Shown here: in pieces, positions 17,994 to 27,191 of the stretch
Layout: the number at the start of each line of letters is the position of its first letter
Numbering within the stretch: the stretch's first letter is position 1
Virus record (IMG/VR): IMGVR_UViG_3300050131_000113
Coordinates: 1 to 58,171 of that record
Length of the DNA: 58,171 nt
Source: a virus
Lineage: Duplodnaviria > Caudoviricetes
Strand: one strand, 5' to 3'
The notes under the pieces: model-generated
Databases searched by the model: none
Seen by the model: the letters and a program-made list of their open reading frames with translations, nothing else
Told to the model about the DNA's origin: nothing
Translations under genes and position numbers: made by a program

Positions 17994-18185
17994 ATGGGAC
18001 AACCTAATTCAAAACGCGCGAGACGCAGGCTCAGAGCCAAGCTTGAGAACGATCCGAACCTTATTTATGAGTTTGGGCGGATGATGGTCCGCACGGTATC
18101 GGCGGTCGAAAGAATAGATTTAGGGAACAATCTCTATATCGAAATAGAAAATGAAACTTGGTATGAGCTTGGACGCCCTCAGTGA
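17994..18185 (+). CDS. hypothetical protein
   Basis: GGAG RBS; last rightward gene. Confidence 0.5.
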   Translation: MGQPNSKRARRRLRAKLENDPNLIYEFGRMMVRTVSAVERIDLGNNLYIEIENETWYELGRPQ

Positions 18186-18192
18186 TGGGCAA

Positions 18193-18357
18193 TCAGCGCC
18201 GTAGACACTTCCTCATCTCCGCGATCTGCTTATCTGTATAGCCCTTGCCCCGCGCCCATGCTTCCGCGGTCGCCTGCCCGTAGTCAGTGACGGCCTGCCG
18301 GACGACCCAGCAGGGGATCGCATAGGCCGGGCTCGCCAGCAGCAAACTGGAAGCCAC
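18193..18357 (-). CDS. small exported protein
   Basis: LLLASPAYA-IPCW...C; start uncertain. Confidence 0.5.
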   Translation of the reverse strand: MASSLLLASPAYAIPCWVVRQAVTDYGQATAEAWARGKGYTDKQIAEMRKCLRR

Positions 18358-18494
18358 TATGCCAGCCCGAATAGCCTGACCAGCGCGCGGGTGATTTGGG
18401 TTATCAGGAACAGACCGAATCCCCAACCCATCGCAGCGCCGAACGCCGCAAGAAAAAAAGCGCAACAGGTCTGCCATGTGCATGATACGGGCAT
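18357..18494 (-). CDS. 45-aa membrane protein
   Basis: FFLAAFGAAMGWGFGLFLI; GGAG upstream. Confidence 0.5.
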   Translation of the reverse strand: MPVSCTWQTCCAFFLAAFGAAMGWGFGLFLITQITRALVRLFGLA

Positions 18495-18519
18495 CACAGG
18501 GGGCTCCGGGTTGAAGTTT

Positions 18520-18659
18520 TAGATTTGATTCAATCAACAGCATGCGCGCTGACAGCGAGTGCGATCACCATTTCAGGGTCGCTTGCTAAAGCAGGCTCAA
18601 GCGTTGCCTGACTTCTCCGCTCATAAAGCGAGATGCGCTGTCGCGCTGAAACAGACCTA
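18520..18659. repeat. dispersed element, inward-facing 'empty' pair
   Basis: TAGATTTGATTCA...TGAAACAGACCTA ends; colinear with 1622-1760. Confidence 0.8.
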
Positions 18660-18821
18660 CAATCGACCGAGCAGCAGCAAGATCACAAGCACCACCACGA
18701 TCAGCCCCAAGCCCCCGCCGCCATAATATCCGGTGCCGTAGAACGGCCCGCCCCCGACGCCGGAGAAGCCGCCGAGCAAACAGATCACGAGAATGATCAG
18801 GATGATGGTTCCGAGTGACAT
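18657..18821 (-). CDS. DUF3309 family membrane protein
   Basis: MSLGTIILIILVICLLGGFSG...YYGGGGLGLIVVVLVILLLLGRL. Confidence 0.8.
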   Translation of the reverse strand: MSLGTIILIILVICLLGGFSGVGGGPFYGTGYYGGGGLGLIVVVLVILLLLGRL

Positions 18822-18823
18822 AT

Positions 18824-18994
18824 TCAGTCTCCTTCTTCTTCAATCGTGATGCGATAGGTTTTGCCGTCCTTGAGCTCGCCGATTTGTTTCGGGATCTCGC
18901 CCATCAGGTGGCCCGGAAGCGGATCGAATTTCAAAAGCACCATGGATGCGCCGTTTTTGGAGACGACGGCGGCGCAGCGGGCGCTGAATTGCAT
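18824..18994 (-). CDS. 56-aa hypothetical protein
   Basis: MQFSARC...GKTYRITIEE; fills the gap between genes. Confidence 0.5.
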   Translation of the reverse strand: MQFSARCAAVVSKNGASMVLLKFDPLPGHLMGEIPKQIGELKDGKTYRITIEEEGD

Positions 18995-18996
18995 CG

Positions 18997-19332
18997 TCAG
19001 TGTTTCGGCACGTTCGACAGCCGCAATTCAGCGACACCCTGGCTGATGTACTTCACGTCGCCGCTCATCGATACGATCTGGCGATCGAGGCTGTTGATCT
19101 GTTCTTCCATCGCCTTGTTGCTGGTACGAAGGTCGGCAATTGTTTCTGCAAAGCGGTGACCGTCTTCGCGAAGCGAATTTAGCTCTGAACTCAGGTAGCG
19201 CTCGCCAGTGATGAACCCGCCGATAAAAACGAATACGCTGATGATCGATGCTACTGCGCCGGCAATCGAGATGACCTGCCGCAGTTTAATGCGAATCGAC
19301 GAGACGCCTTCCTTGTCGGTTTCCATCGTCAT
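18997..19332 (-). CDS. TM plus coiled-coil protein (lysis region)
   Basis: One TM helix then heptad repeats. Confidence 0.6.
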   Translation of the reverse strand: MTMETDKEGVSSIRIKLRQVISIAGAVASIISVFVFIGGFITGERYLSSELNSLREDGHRFAETIADLRTSNKAMEEQINSLDRQIVSMSGDVKYISQGVAELRLSNVPKH

Positions 19333-19589
19333 GGCGGCGCGGCCCTCGCACAATTGTCGATGGTCTCGCGCTGCTTTGGCGTCGATTCCCTCAGTGCCCG
19401 CTCAAGGTTCTTGGGGTCGAGTACCTTGATGGATTCGTTGATGCGGTCGCAGTTCGGCGGCTCGACAGCCGGTTCGGTTCCCTGATGTCGGCGATGAACG
19501 CGGTAATGAGGTTCCCACGGCCAATGAAATGCCGACGCCTCAGAGGGAGATGCGATCATTAAAATTAAAAGTGCCGCCATAATCCTCAT
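19329..19589 (-). CDS. small exported protein
   Basis: Signal peptide MRIMAALLILMIASPSEASA; Cys pair. Confidence 0.55.
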   Translation of the reverse strand: MRIMAALLILMIASPSEASAFHWPWEPHYRVHRRHQGTEPAVEPPNCDRINESIKVLDPKNLERALRESTPKQRETIDNCARAAPP

Positions 19590-19614
19590 TGTGCAGCGCC
19601 TCGGGGCCAATCGG

Positions 19615-19872
19615 TCATTGGTTTACCTCATGCATGGGCGGCGCCCACGGCTCCCGTTTCAAATCCGCGAGAATCCCAACCCGCCGCTCGATCCGTTCCA
19701 GCGCCTGAAACAACGGCATGTAAGCGAGCCGCAATCGCAACCGGATGATATCCGAGACGCCCTCATAATATATTGCCGCGATCGAACCGTTGGAGCGCGG
19801 CGGGATGCACCCCAGCCGCCAGTCGGTCAGGGCCTCGGCCACCTCCTGCCGAAATTGTTCTCGCGCTGTCAT
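19615..19872 (-). CDS. hypothetical protein
   Basis: ATGA overlap. Confidence 0.45.
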   Translation of the reverse strand: MTAREQFRQEVAEALTDWRLGCIPPRSNGSIAAIYYEGVSDIIRLRLRLAYMPLFQALERIERRVGILADLKREPWAPPMHEVNQ

Positions 19873-20231
19873 TTCCTCGGCAGGCCATCCACCTGGACCT
19901 GCAAATGGTCCAGTTGTTTCGCCGTGTTGTTCACTTGAACCGATAGCCCGCTTTGAATTGCATTCGCGGTGGCCTGCGCATCGACCATCTTTCCGATCTG
20001 TAGCCAGACTTTGCTCTGGCCGTCTTTTACTTCAGCCAATCCATCCCGTTGCCCCGCCTTCAGATCGTTGATGACCCAACCTAGTCCGCCCAACGCGACC
20101 GTGATGAGAAAGGGCATGACGAACCGCGCGACCGAGATCATAACCGTGCTGTCGATTATCTTGCGGAACGGGGCCTCGCTGGACGGCACATTTACGGTAT
20201 CGCGTGGTTGATGTTCTGGCAGTCCATCCAT
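19869..20231 (-). CDS. TM plus coiled-coil protein (lysis region)
   Basis: One TM helix then a coiled coil. Confidence 0.6.
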   Translation of the reverse strand: MDGLPEHQPRDTVNVPSSEAPFRKIIDSTVMISVARFVMPFLITVALGGLGWVINDLKAGQRDGLAEVKDGQSKVWLQIGKMVDAQATANAIQSGLSVQVNNTAKQLDHLQVQVDGLPRK

Positions 20232-20249
20232 TCCGACATTCCCATTTCC

Positions 20250-20293
20250 AAAAGAGAGACAAAGGCCCGGCGCGCGTGATGGCGGCCGGGCCT
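20250..20293 (-). terminator. intrinsic terminator after the OMP gene
   Basis: AGGCCCGGC...GCCGGGCCT followed by a T-rich tail. Confidence 0.55.
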
Positions 20294-20304
20294 GATATCT
20301 GCGA

Positions 20305-21015
20305 TCAGTATTTGAACGCCACACCCACCCGCGCCTGGTTGCCGAGCCGCGCGCAGGTAGTGCCGCCGCCAGGGCAGAACGATTGCGAATTCATCTGCCA
20401 GCCGGCCCAGGTATCGACCATGACGTTGTTGGAGAGGCGCGTCAGAAGGCCCAGGCCGACGAGGGGCGCCACTACCCACTGATGGCCGGAGAACACACCG
20501 ATCTGGGCGCCGATGTCCTGTTCGACCAGGCCAGCGAAGGCGTAGCCATTGCCCGGGCTCGAGGTGATGCCGGCGGGGAGCAGCGGGATCGATGGCAGCG
20601 CCGGGTTGGTGGATGCCGGCAAAATGCTGCCGAGCAGACTGTTGATGGGCGAGCCCGCGCCGGCGCGTTCGATGAATAGACCGGGACCGGACAGGGCAAA
20701 CCCGTTGGTCGAGCCATTGAGGTTGGAGAAACCGCCTTGGCCTTCAACAAACCAGAACGCATTGACCGCGAATGGGCAGGTATAGCCGACGATGGCATCG
20801 ATATCGCCCTGCACGATCTGGGTTCCAACGGCCGCGCCATTGACGGCGCCCGCGTTGCCGCCGGTGCCGATACCATAATAGATGCCGCAGCGGGTCGGGT
20901 AACCGGCGGTCAACTGGCTGGTGATGGCCTTGGTGGCGAAGTCGGCGGCCTGAGCGGTCGCCGAGATCGCAACAGTGCCCGCGATCAGGGCAAGCAACAT
21001 CGTTCGCATTTTCAT
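20305..21015 (-). CDS. Omp25/RopB-like outer-membrane beta-barrel protein
   Basis: Signal peptide AQA-AD..TKA, GIYYG, VGY, C-terminal RVGVAFKY. Confidence 0.75.
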   Translation of the reverse strand: MKMRTMLLALIAGTVAISATAQAADFATKAITSQLTAGYPTRCGIYYGIGTGGNAGAVNGAAVGTQIVQGDIDAIVGYTCPFAVNAFWFVEGQGGFSNLNGSTNGFALSGPGLFIERAGAGSPINSLLGSILPASTNPALPSIPLLPAGITSSPGNGYAFAGLVEQDIGAQIGVFSGHQWVVAPLVGLGLLTRLSNNVMVDTWAGWQMNSQSFCPGGGTTCARLGNQARVGVAFKY

Positions 21016-21046
21016 GGTGTGGTTCTCCTAGTTGAGGATGGGAAGG

Positions 21047-21103
21047 AAGGTTTGATTCAGCGCGAGAGCGCTGCCCGCTTCAGCAGCGGAGAAGTCAGTC
21101 AGC
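21047..21103 (+). repeat. dispersed element arm flanked by an 11-bp direct repeat
   Basis: AAGGTTTGATTCAGCGCG-N24-GAGAAGTCAG; AGTTGAGGATG at 21030-21040 and 21104-21114. Confidence 0.8.
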
Positions 21104-21115
21104 AGTTGAGGATGT

Positions 21116-21472
21116 CTAAGCGGCGTGAGTGCCTTCGACGCCGCGCGCCATGCGGGCGCGGGTCCGGTGCAGAAGCCAGTGTTGTGCCTCTTCGATCTTG
21201 GTCAGGGCAAGCGCGTTCTCGCGGCAGCCAAATTTGCCTGCCTGAAACGACCGAAGCCGATCGATGACGATCGCCAGCAGTGCTTCCTGCGTCACGCCGT
21301 TGACGCCGTTCTCGGCAATCGGGCCGTTCTGAAAGCTGATGCGGCAGGTCAGCCCCTTCTGCGTTTCGATCATATATTCGTGGTTCGCCCCGCCAGCGCC
21401 GGGATCATCCAGAACGGTGATTTCCAGCAGATCGTTCGCCGGATTTACCTTATGCTCGTTGATAGTACGCAT
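21116..21472 (-). CDS. tad1: Tad1-like anti-defence signalling-molecule sponge
   Basis: GAGGANHEY, ISFQ.G, LL.IV.DRL.SFQAG.F..RENA.ALT..EEA..W...R...R..R.V.GT match the Tad1 pattern as recalled. Confidence 0.8.
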   Translation of the reverse strand: MRTINEHKVNPANDLLEITVLDDPGAGGANHEYMIETQKGLTCRISFQNGPIAENGVNGVTQEALLAIVIDRLRSFQAGKFGCRENALALTKIEEAQHWLLHRTRARMARGVEGTHAA

Positions 21473-21552
21473 TTTTGCAGGCTCCTTTTGAGCAAGCATT
21501 ATGCCGGAAACCGTCCGGCGCGGACGCTTTTACAAATGGTGAAGCATCAAGA

Positions 21553-21609
21553 CTGCGGGGTGACCGATAGGCGCCAACGCTTGCGCGGTGGCGCGTTGAA
21601 CCAGCCCTT
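21553..21609 (-). repeat. dispersed element arm
   Basis: AGGGCTGGTTCAACGCG...GCGCAAGCGT.GGC.CC...TCAC, similar to the 4647-4696 arm. Confidence 0.65.
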
Positions 21610-22000
21610 AAACTGCCCTGGGCATATCCGCGACGTTGGCCTGGATCGCCGCCGGCAGCGTGGCGATGGTCTTCGCGACTTCGGCCGGCTGCAGGGTCAG
21701 ACTTTGCGCTGCGATCTGACTGACCGTCACTTGCGGTAATCCGGCCTGATTGAGTTTTGCCGCCTGTGCCAGCGATTTGGCTTTCAAGACTTCGAGCTGC
21801 GATACCACGATAGCGCGGCCATAACTGTTCCAGAAGGACCATGCGCCGCCCAACGTCGCCATGCCGATCGCGACGAAGGTTTCGGTCTGGCTGCCGTTGA
21901 TAATGCCGTGTGCGGCGGCAGCCGAGCCGAGCGCCATCAGTCCGTTTTTCGCAACACTCGCCGCCAGCGTCAGCATCATGGTCTTGGTCTTGTCGTCCAT
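21608..22000 (-). CDS. putative holin
   Basis: Two N-terminal TM helices; located in the lysis cluster. Confidence 0.55.
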   Translation of the reverse strand: MDDKTKTMMLTLAASVAKNGLMALGSAAAAHGIINGSQTETFVAIGMATLGGAWSFWNSYGRAIVVSQLEVLKAKSLAQAAKLNQAGLPQVTVSQIAAQSLTLQPAEVAKTIATLPAAIQANVADMPRAV

Positions 22001-22045
22001 TTGGATTGTCCCCTGTCAGTGATTGCGGTCGCCCGCGAGTTGAAA

Positions 22046-22303
22046 TCAGCTTTTCGAATTGACGAACGCGGCCATCTTCCGCACCACCGGCAGTATGATC
22101 GAAACATCCGCCGCTCGGGATTTCAGGATCGGCAGCATCTGGTCGATATGTGCCTCGAGCGGTTGCTCCTTGGCCGCGATGGCCTGCAACTTTTCTTCGG
22201 CATCGAGCAACCGCAGCGCGGCCGGCGCCGCCGCATCAATCGCGGTCAGGTCGGATTCCGAAACCCCGTTGAAGCCGAGTATCATGCGAAGCCAGCGGTT
22301 CAT
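22046..22303 (-). CDS. hypothetical protein
   Basis: AGGAG RBS. Confidence 0.55.
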   Translation of the reverse strand: MNRWLRMILGFNGVSESDLTAIDAAAPAALRLLDAEEKLQAIAAKEQPLEAHIDQMLPILKSRAADVSIILPVVRKMAAFVNSKS

Positions 22304-22312
22304 GGTGTGCTC

Positions 22313-22663
22313 CTACTTCGTCGGTTCGACGCGAACGGCCGGAGGCCGCAGCCGCGTATCGGGCTCAACCCAAGGCGCATCCTGGAAACGCTTCGCCTTG
22401 GCGCGATCAGCGTCGGTCAGGCGTTCGTTGGCGGCTTTGGTGTCCCATCTCGGCGCGAGTGCTACTTGCGCCATCGCTGAATACGCGCCCGCAAACAGCA
22501 CAAGCAGCGCAACGGCGATCAGAAGCCATGTGGAATCCTTGTGCAGATGCAGCCTACTTCCGATGAATTTCCCGAAGAAAATAATCGCAAGCGCCGGGAT
22601 GCCGGCAGCCAGGATCAAAAGCAGGAGAACGACAAGAAGATCCGATAGTCCAGGCACTCTCAT
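22313..22663 (-). CDS. two-TM membrane protein
   Basis: Hydrophobic helices; AGGAGG RBS. Confidence 0.55.
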   Translation of the reverse strand: MRVPGLSDLLVVLLLLILAAGIPALAIIFFGKFIGSRLHLHKDSTWLLIAVALLVLFAGAYSAMAQVALAPRWDTKAANERLTDADRAKAKRFQDAPWVEPDTRLRPPAVRVEPTK

Positions 22664-22795
22664 ATCGAAAACCTCCTATGCAGGCAGAAAATAACCAGAC
22701 TAATCACCAGCAAAGGCACAGCCAGGATCTCGGCCCAGATCACGATTTCGAACTCGACGATATTGAAGCCTGACGGCAGCCATGGGCCCATGCGT

Positions 22796-22993
22796 TCACT
22801 CCGCGAAAATCTTGTCGACGGCCGCACTCGCCAGAGAATGGGCTTCATCGCGTTTCGACAGGCCTTGCGTGAATTCCTTCACCGCATCGACCGGGGACTG
22901 CTCTTCGATGTTGGAGACCGGCCGCTCATAGAGCCCCTTCAGCCCATCGCCGAAGGCGTCGTCGAGGGCATTTTGGGCGTCGGCGCGTTTCAT
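22796..22993 (-). CDS. hypothetical protein
   Basis: ATGA overlap with the endolysin gene. Confidence 0.45.
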   Translation of the reverse strand: MKRADAQNALDDAFGDGLKGLYERPVSNIEEQSPVDAVKEFTQGLSKRDEAHSLASAAVDKIFAE

Positions 22994-23556
22994 GAGCCCG
23001 ACATCGCAATCGACAGCGACTCGCACCGTTCCGCGCGGCCGATCCAGTCCTTGCCGAAATACTGGAATTTCGACAGATGCCGATACCAGTTTTCCTCGTC
23101 GGAACCGAAGGACTTGATGGCGGCGACGACGTCGGTAGGCGCGATCGATGCTACCGCCGTATCGGTCTGGCCGCCCCATACCCCGTCGATGCCGATGCCG
23201 AGCGCCTGCTGCAGGAGCCGGGTTGCTTCAAGGGGACCGCCGTTGACGGCGATATTGAAGAACGACAGATCGAGTCCAGCCGGAAGGTTTGCACAATGCG
23301 GCAACCAGTATTCCGTCCAGTAGATTTCGTTCTGCTCGTCGGTCGAGATGTTCTTGACCCACTGCAGCGGGAGCGCCTTGGCCCTCCGGTAGCGGTCGTA
23401 TTCCCGCTGGATGATGCCGTGCATAGTCATGCCGCCGGAATCATGAGGGTCGTTGGAATAGCCGCCCTCTTCCTTCAGAATGAAAGGCATGCAGGCGAGG
23501 AAACGCTTGGAAAGAGGCAAAGCGGCAGCGCCCGCGGGCGCGGTTAGGTCGGTCAT
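22990..23556 (-). CDS. endolysin, glycoside hydrolase family 108
   Basis: EGGYSNDPHDSGG.T.HGI; LQQALG...DGVWG..T; FGKDW..R. Confidence 0.9.
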   Translation of the reverse strand: MTDLTAPAGAAALPLSKRFLACMPFILKEEGGYSNDPHDSGGMTMHGIIQREYDRYRRAKALPLQWVKNISTDEQNEIYWTEYWLPHCANLPAGLDLSFFNIAVNGGPLEATRLLQQALGIGIDGVWGGQTDTAVASIAPTDVVAAIKSFGSDEENWYRHLSKFQYFGKDWIGRAERCESLSIAMSGS

Positions 23557-23642
23557 GGGATTGCCTGTTTTTCAGATGTCAAGGGTCGTTATTTGAGCGC
23601 GCCGGCTTGATCTGCCGATTCACCTAGAGGTAGCGTTGCGCC

Positions 23643-23798
23643 ATGCAACCGATCCAGCCAGCAATGATCATCGCCGCGTGCCTTCTGGTCGCCTTCGGGA
23701 TTTTGCTGGCCGCCATGAACTTCTGGCATTGTGAACGCCGCACCGAGATGACTCAGGCAGAGCGCGACGAGGAAGATCAAACGGCAGAGCGGTGGTGA
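23643..23798 (+). CDS. 51-aa antisense membrane protein (moron)
   Basis: One TM helix; TTGATC-N18-TAGCGT 6 nt before the ATG. Confidence 0.45.
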   Translation: MQPIQPAMIIAACLLVAFGILLAAMNFWHCERRTEMTQAERDEEDQTAERW

Positions 23799-26700
23799 CT
23801 ACGGCAGCGCGTTAACCGCGACAATTCCATTCCAGCGCGCGTTGGTGTCTCCGACATATTGACTTGCGCCGTAAGTGCCGTTGCCTTTGCCCTCGGTGAA
23901 GATTCCCATGTCTTGGAACTGCGCTAGCTTGGCCAGCTTTCCACTTTGAACAAGCTGGGTGTAGCACGACATATAAGCGGTCGCCTGTCCCGAACTGAAG
24001 TTCTCATAGTACCAAGCCGAAAGTAGATTCGGGTCTTTTCCAAAAAAATACGTTCCAATGTCAAAGATGATGATATCTTCCGATCCGCCCTCATAGCAAA
24101 TCAATTGGCTGCCAGCGAGCGGCTTACCTACGGCAGTATAGTTGGTGTTGTAGTAATCGCAGAACTGAGCAAAAGCGTTGACGGTGAAGGCTTGTGGCTG
24201 TCCGTTGACCGCTCCAACCCCGGTCCACTTGCCGCTGATAAGGTCTTGACCGATCTGGTCGCCATAGTAGGTCCAGGGGTGAGGGTAGGTTACTGGACTT
24301 GAACTGTGCAGGCTCTTGCTCTGCGCCATGAGGTACTGGACCGCTTCAAGCGGGCTCACGCATGCGGTATTCGAGCCGGTGCCGCCCGTGAAGGCACTGG
24401 GAGAGCCGCCCGGTGTTGTAGCTAGTCCGTAATTCGGTCCGATTCCGACAATCCAGTAAACTGTCCCGGTGCCCTGATTGGTCAGCGGTCCAGTAAACAT
24501 CAGGGTTGGCGTCGAGACGTTTCCGGGAGAACCAGAAAGCTGATAAGTACCCTGCGCGCCGAGCCCCGTCGTACCGCCACTTCCATACGCATTAATGGTG
24601 AGGCCGGATATCTGATCCGGATTTGACGAAACGAGCGTCATGCCCGCCTCGATATTGGTAGTGCCCTGACTGATGATTTGTGACTTGTAAAGTACAGTCA
24701 GCACATTGCCGCTGATTGTGGCAAAGAACGACGCCGGATTGCCAGAACTTGGGGCGGTCGATAGCGTTCCGGCCGCGAGCAATGCCGGCAGCGTTCCGAC
24801 GGGACTATCGACGTTTAACTTGATCGGCAGACCGATCAGCGGATCACCGCTCACGCCGACAAGATCATTCGCAATGGTATTGTTATTACGATCTTTCAAC
24901 CCACTTGGGAATGCGACAGTACTTGAGCCAAACGTGATTGGAGCGGTGTATCCAGCATTCATAAAATAGGAATGGCCAAGATAGCTTGCCATCGGCAGGT
25001 AGTCGAACAGAGCAGTAAGCGCGGGCGAGGACGGATTATCCGTTATGAACTGAGCCGCGCCTAAGCAAGCTCCCGCCAATCGATCACCTCCGGTCTGGTT
25101 GTTGCCGAAGTGCATCTTGTACTTGGAGCGGTTGGCAGAGCCATAGACCTGATAGACCGCATAGGCAGCGGCGGCCATCAAATATCCAGCAACGAAGTCA
25201 CCATTGTTGACGAACTTGGCAACGGTTTGTGTGATTGAAGCGATGTGAACGATGTTGAAATACTGACTGATCCCGGTGACCGGATTCCAGATTTCGTTGC
25301 TGAACTCATAGAGAGTGAGTTGACCGGACGGCATATTGGAGAGGAAGTAATTCGCAATGCTGGCGACATTTGTCGTCATGTCACTGAGCGTATAGCTACG
25401 GAAGGAAACGCCAGTGGATACGCCAACGCCAGAGACGTTCCCCGCATCATTTACGCAAGCACCGATGAATCCGGTCGTATCTATACCGGAGATGGTGCAT
25501 GTATTGCCGGAAATGCTCGCGACCGTGAAGCCGTTGAAGGTGTTGAGCGAGATAAAGATGTTCGCCGTTCCTGTCATCGATCCAGTGGTGCCAGCGACCG
25601 ATCCTCCTGGAGTGGTTGAAAGTTGGAACGTGTTTGTCGTTGCATTGATGACGTAGTAACGTGTCAGTTTCGTCAACCAGCTTGGATATGTCGAGGTATC
25701 CGCACTTCCCTGCTGATAGGGCGCAGCGGTCGAAACACCGGGAACAACCTCGGTTCCGTTGACTAATCCGTGACCGTTGAGCGTCCATGTCCCGCTGCTG
25801 TATGTCGGATTGACGATGCGAGCGAAAGCACCCACTATTCCGTAGTTCGTCACGACATTGATCGTACCGCTGGCGGAGCCGGTGAGCGTTATCTGAGAGC
25901 CACCTGGAGTAGGGGCAATGTTCCAAGTGCCGGTACTCGGATTTGAATTTATGACGTAGTAGCGCGTGCCTTTGGTGAGGCCAGTGGGGTAGCTATTAGA
26001 ATCCAGTCCCGACAGAAGGAGCACGCCAAAAGTAACATTGGCATTGTTTGGCGGCGTCCCCGCTCCGGTCGGGCTTGTGAATGTGCCGTTGCCGCTCGTA
26101 GAAAACGAAGAAGCATTAAGGTGTTGTCCCCCCGAGAAAACGCCCATGGTCGTCGTGAAATAGATTTGGTCGCTGACGCTGTAAGGGCATGGTCCTAGGA
26201 AATTGACGGTCGGCGTCGCCGCATTGGTGATCGACTGGATTTGCGCAACGCGACCCATCGTGCCGAACGGTAAGTTTTTCCAGATGTGTTTGCCGGTTTG
26301 CTTGGCGAGAGCAATTTCGACCGCAAGTGGTACGCCCGTATATCCGTTGATAGTACCGGCCCAACTCGAAGCCGCTAATGGCGTAACTCTGGTGCTGTCA
26401 TATGTTCCGTTGTTATTGTTGGTCTGGTCAATGTCCATCGTGCGGATTGCCCACGATGCTTGCTTGACCCAGTTAACATAGTCTGGGTCCCAGTAATTCC
26501 CGGCCGCGATCATTCCAATGTTGGCCGTTTTGGCCATGACGAAGCCGTAGGGCGGATTATTTCCAGTGCCAGAGAAAGAGATAACCAGCGAGCCGGTGGG
26601 ATCGACGTTTCCAGTTGGCAGCGTGAACGTCTGACCGCTGGATGTGGTCGTGAGAAGCGTACTGCCGCCGACCGCCTGCCATTGGAGAGTGACAGTCCAG

Positions 26701-27191
26701 CCAGCGCCACCGCCGCTGAAATTGAGCGTGATATTGGTATTCTGATATGAGGGCGGGCAGCCGCCTAGATCGTTTGTGAAGGAGATCGTTCCGGCGCCGC
26801 TCGGCTGCGTGGCCAATGGCTCGCCATTCGCGTCGAGGAATACTCCGATAGCAGACGGGGCAAAAACACCATTGCTCATCAACCCGGATTGGGCGCCTTG
26901 CGGCACTTCAGGGCGAAACGTAACGCCGGCAGCATAGCTATTGACTGTATTAGATGCGGTGACAATCCAGCCGCTACCGTTCTTCATCATGTTGACGAAG
27001 GGATAGTTATTGATGGCGAAGGGAGATGGGCTCTGGAGGTCTAGAACGAATTGGCCACCCGAACTCGGCACCACCGCAGCCGATCCGCGCAACAGCCTCG
27101 CCTCGGCAACATCCATGAAATGCGGAGCGAGGGAAACTGCCGCTGCCGTACACCCGGCATGAATGAAATCGCGACGGTTTATGTTCTTCAT
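23799..27191 (-). CDS. Tat-signal glycoside-hydrolase-like protein / putative depolymerase
   Basis: NRRDFI Tat motif; IRTMD, GVPL, YEFSNEIWN, YEGG; inserted repeats (TRYYVIN...TPGG). Confidence 0.7.
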   Translation of the reverse strand: MKNINRRDFIHAGCTAAAVSLAPHFMDVAEARLLRGSAAVVPSSGGQFVLDLQSPSPFAINNYPFVNMMKNGSGWIVTASNTVNSYAAGVTFRPEVPQGAQSGLMSNGVFAPSAIGVFLDANGEPLATQPSGAGTISFTNDLGGCPPSYQNTNITLNFSGGGAGWTVTLQWQAVGGSTLLTTTSSGQTFTLPTGNVDPTGSLVISFSGTGNNPPYGFVMAKTANIGMIAAGNYWDPDYVNWVKQASWAIRTMDIDQTNNNNGTYDSTRVTPLAASSWAGTINGYTGVPLAVEIALAKQTGKHIWKNLPFGTMGRVAQIQSITNAATPTVNFLGPCPYSVSDQIYFTTTMGVFSGGQHLNASSFSTSGNGTFTSPTGAGTPPNNANVTFGVLLLSGLDSNSYPTGLTKGTRYYVINSNPSTGTWNIAPTPGGSQITLTGSASGTINVVTNYGIVGAFARIVNPTYSSGTWTLNGHGLVNGTEVVPGVSTAAPYQQGSADTSTYPSWLTKLTRYYVINATTNTFQLSTTPGGSVAGTTGSMTGTANIFISLNTFNGFTVASISGNTCTISGIDTTGFIGACVNDAGNVSGVGVSTGVSFRSYTLSDMTTNVASIANYFLSNMPSGQLTLYEFSNEIWNPVTGISQYFNIVHIASITQTVAKFVNNGDFVAGYLMAAAAYAVYQVYGSANRSKYKMHFGNNQTGGDRLAGACLGAAQFITDNPSSPALTALFDYLPMASYLGHSYFMNAGYTAPITFGSSTVAFPSGLKDRNNNTIANDLVGVSGDPLIGLPIKLNVDSPVGTLPALLAAGTLSTAPSSGNPASFFATISGNVLTVLYKSQIISQGTTNIEAGMTLVSSNPDQISGLTINAYGSGGTTGLGAQGTYQLSGSPGNVSTPTLMFTGPLTNQGTGTVYWIVGIGPNYGLATTPGGSPSAFTGGTGSNTACVSPLEAVQYLMAQSKSLHSSSPVTYPHPWTYYGDQIGQDLISGKWTGVGAVNGQPQAFTVNAFAQFCDYYNTNYTAVGKPLAGSQLICYEGGSEDIIIFDIGTYFFGKDPNLLSAWYYENFSSGQATAYMSCYTQLVQSGKLAKLAQFQDMGIFTEGKGNGTYGASQYVGDTNARWNGIVAVNALP

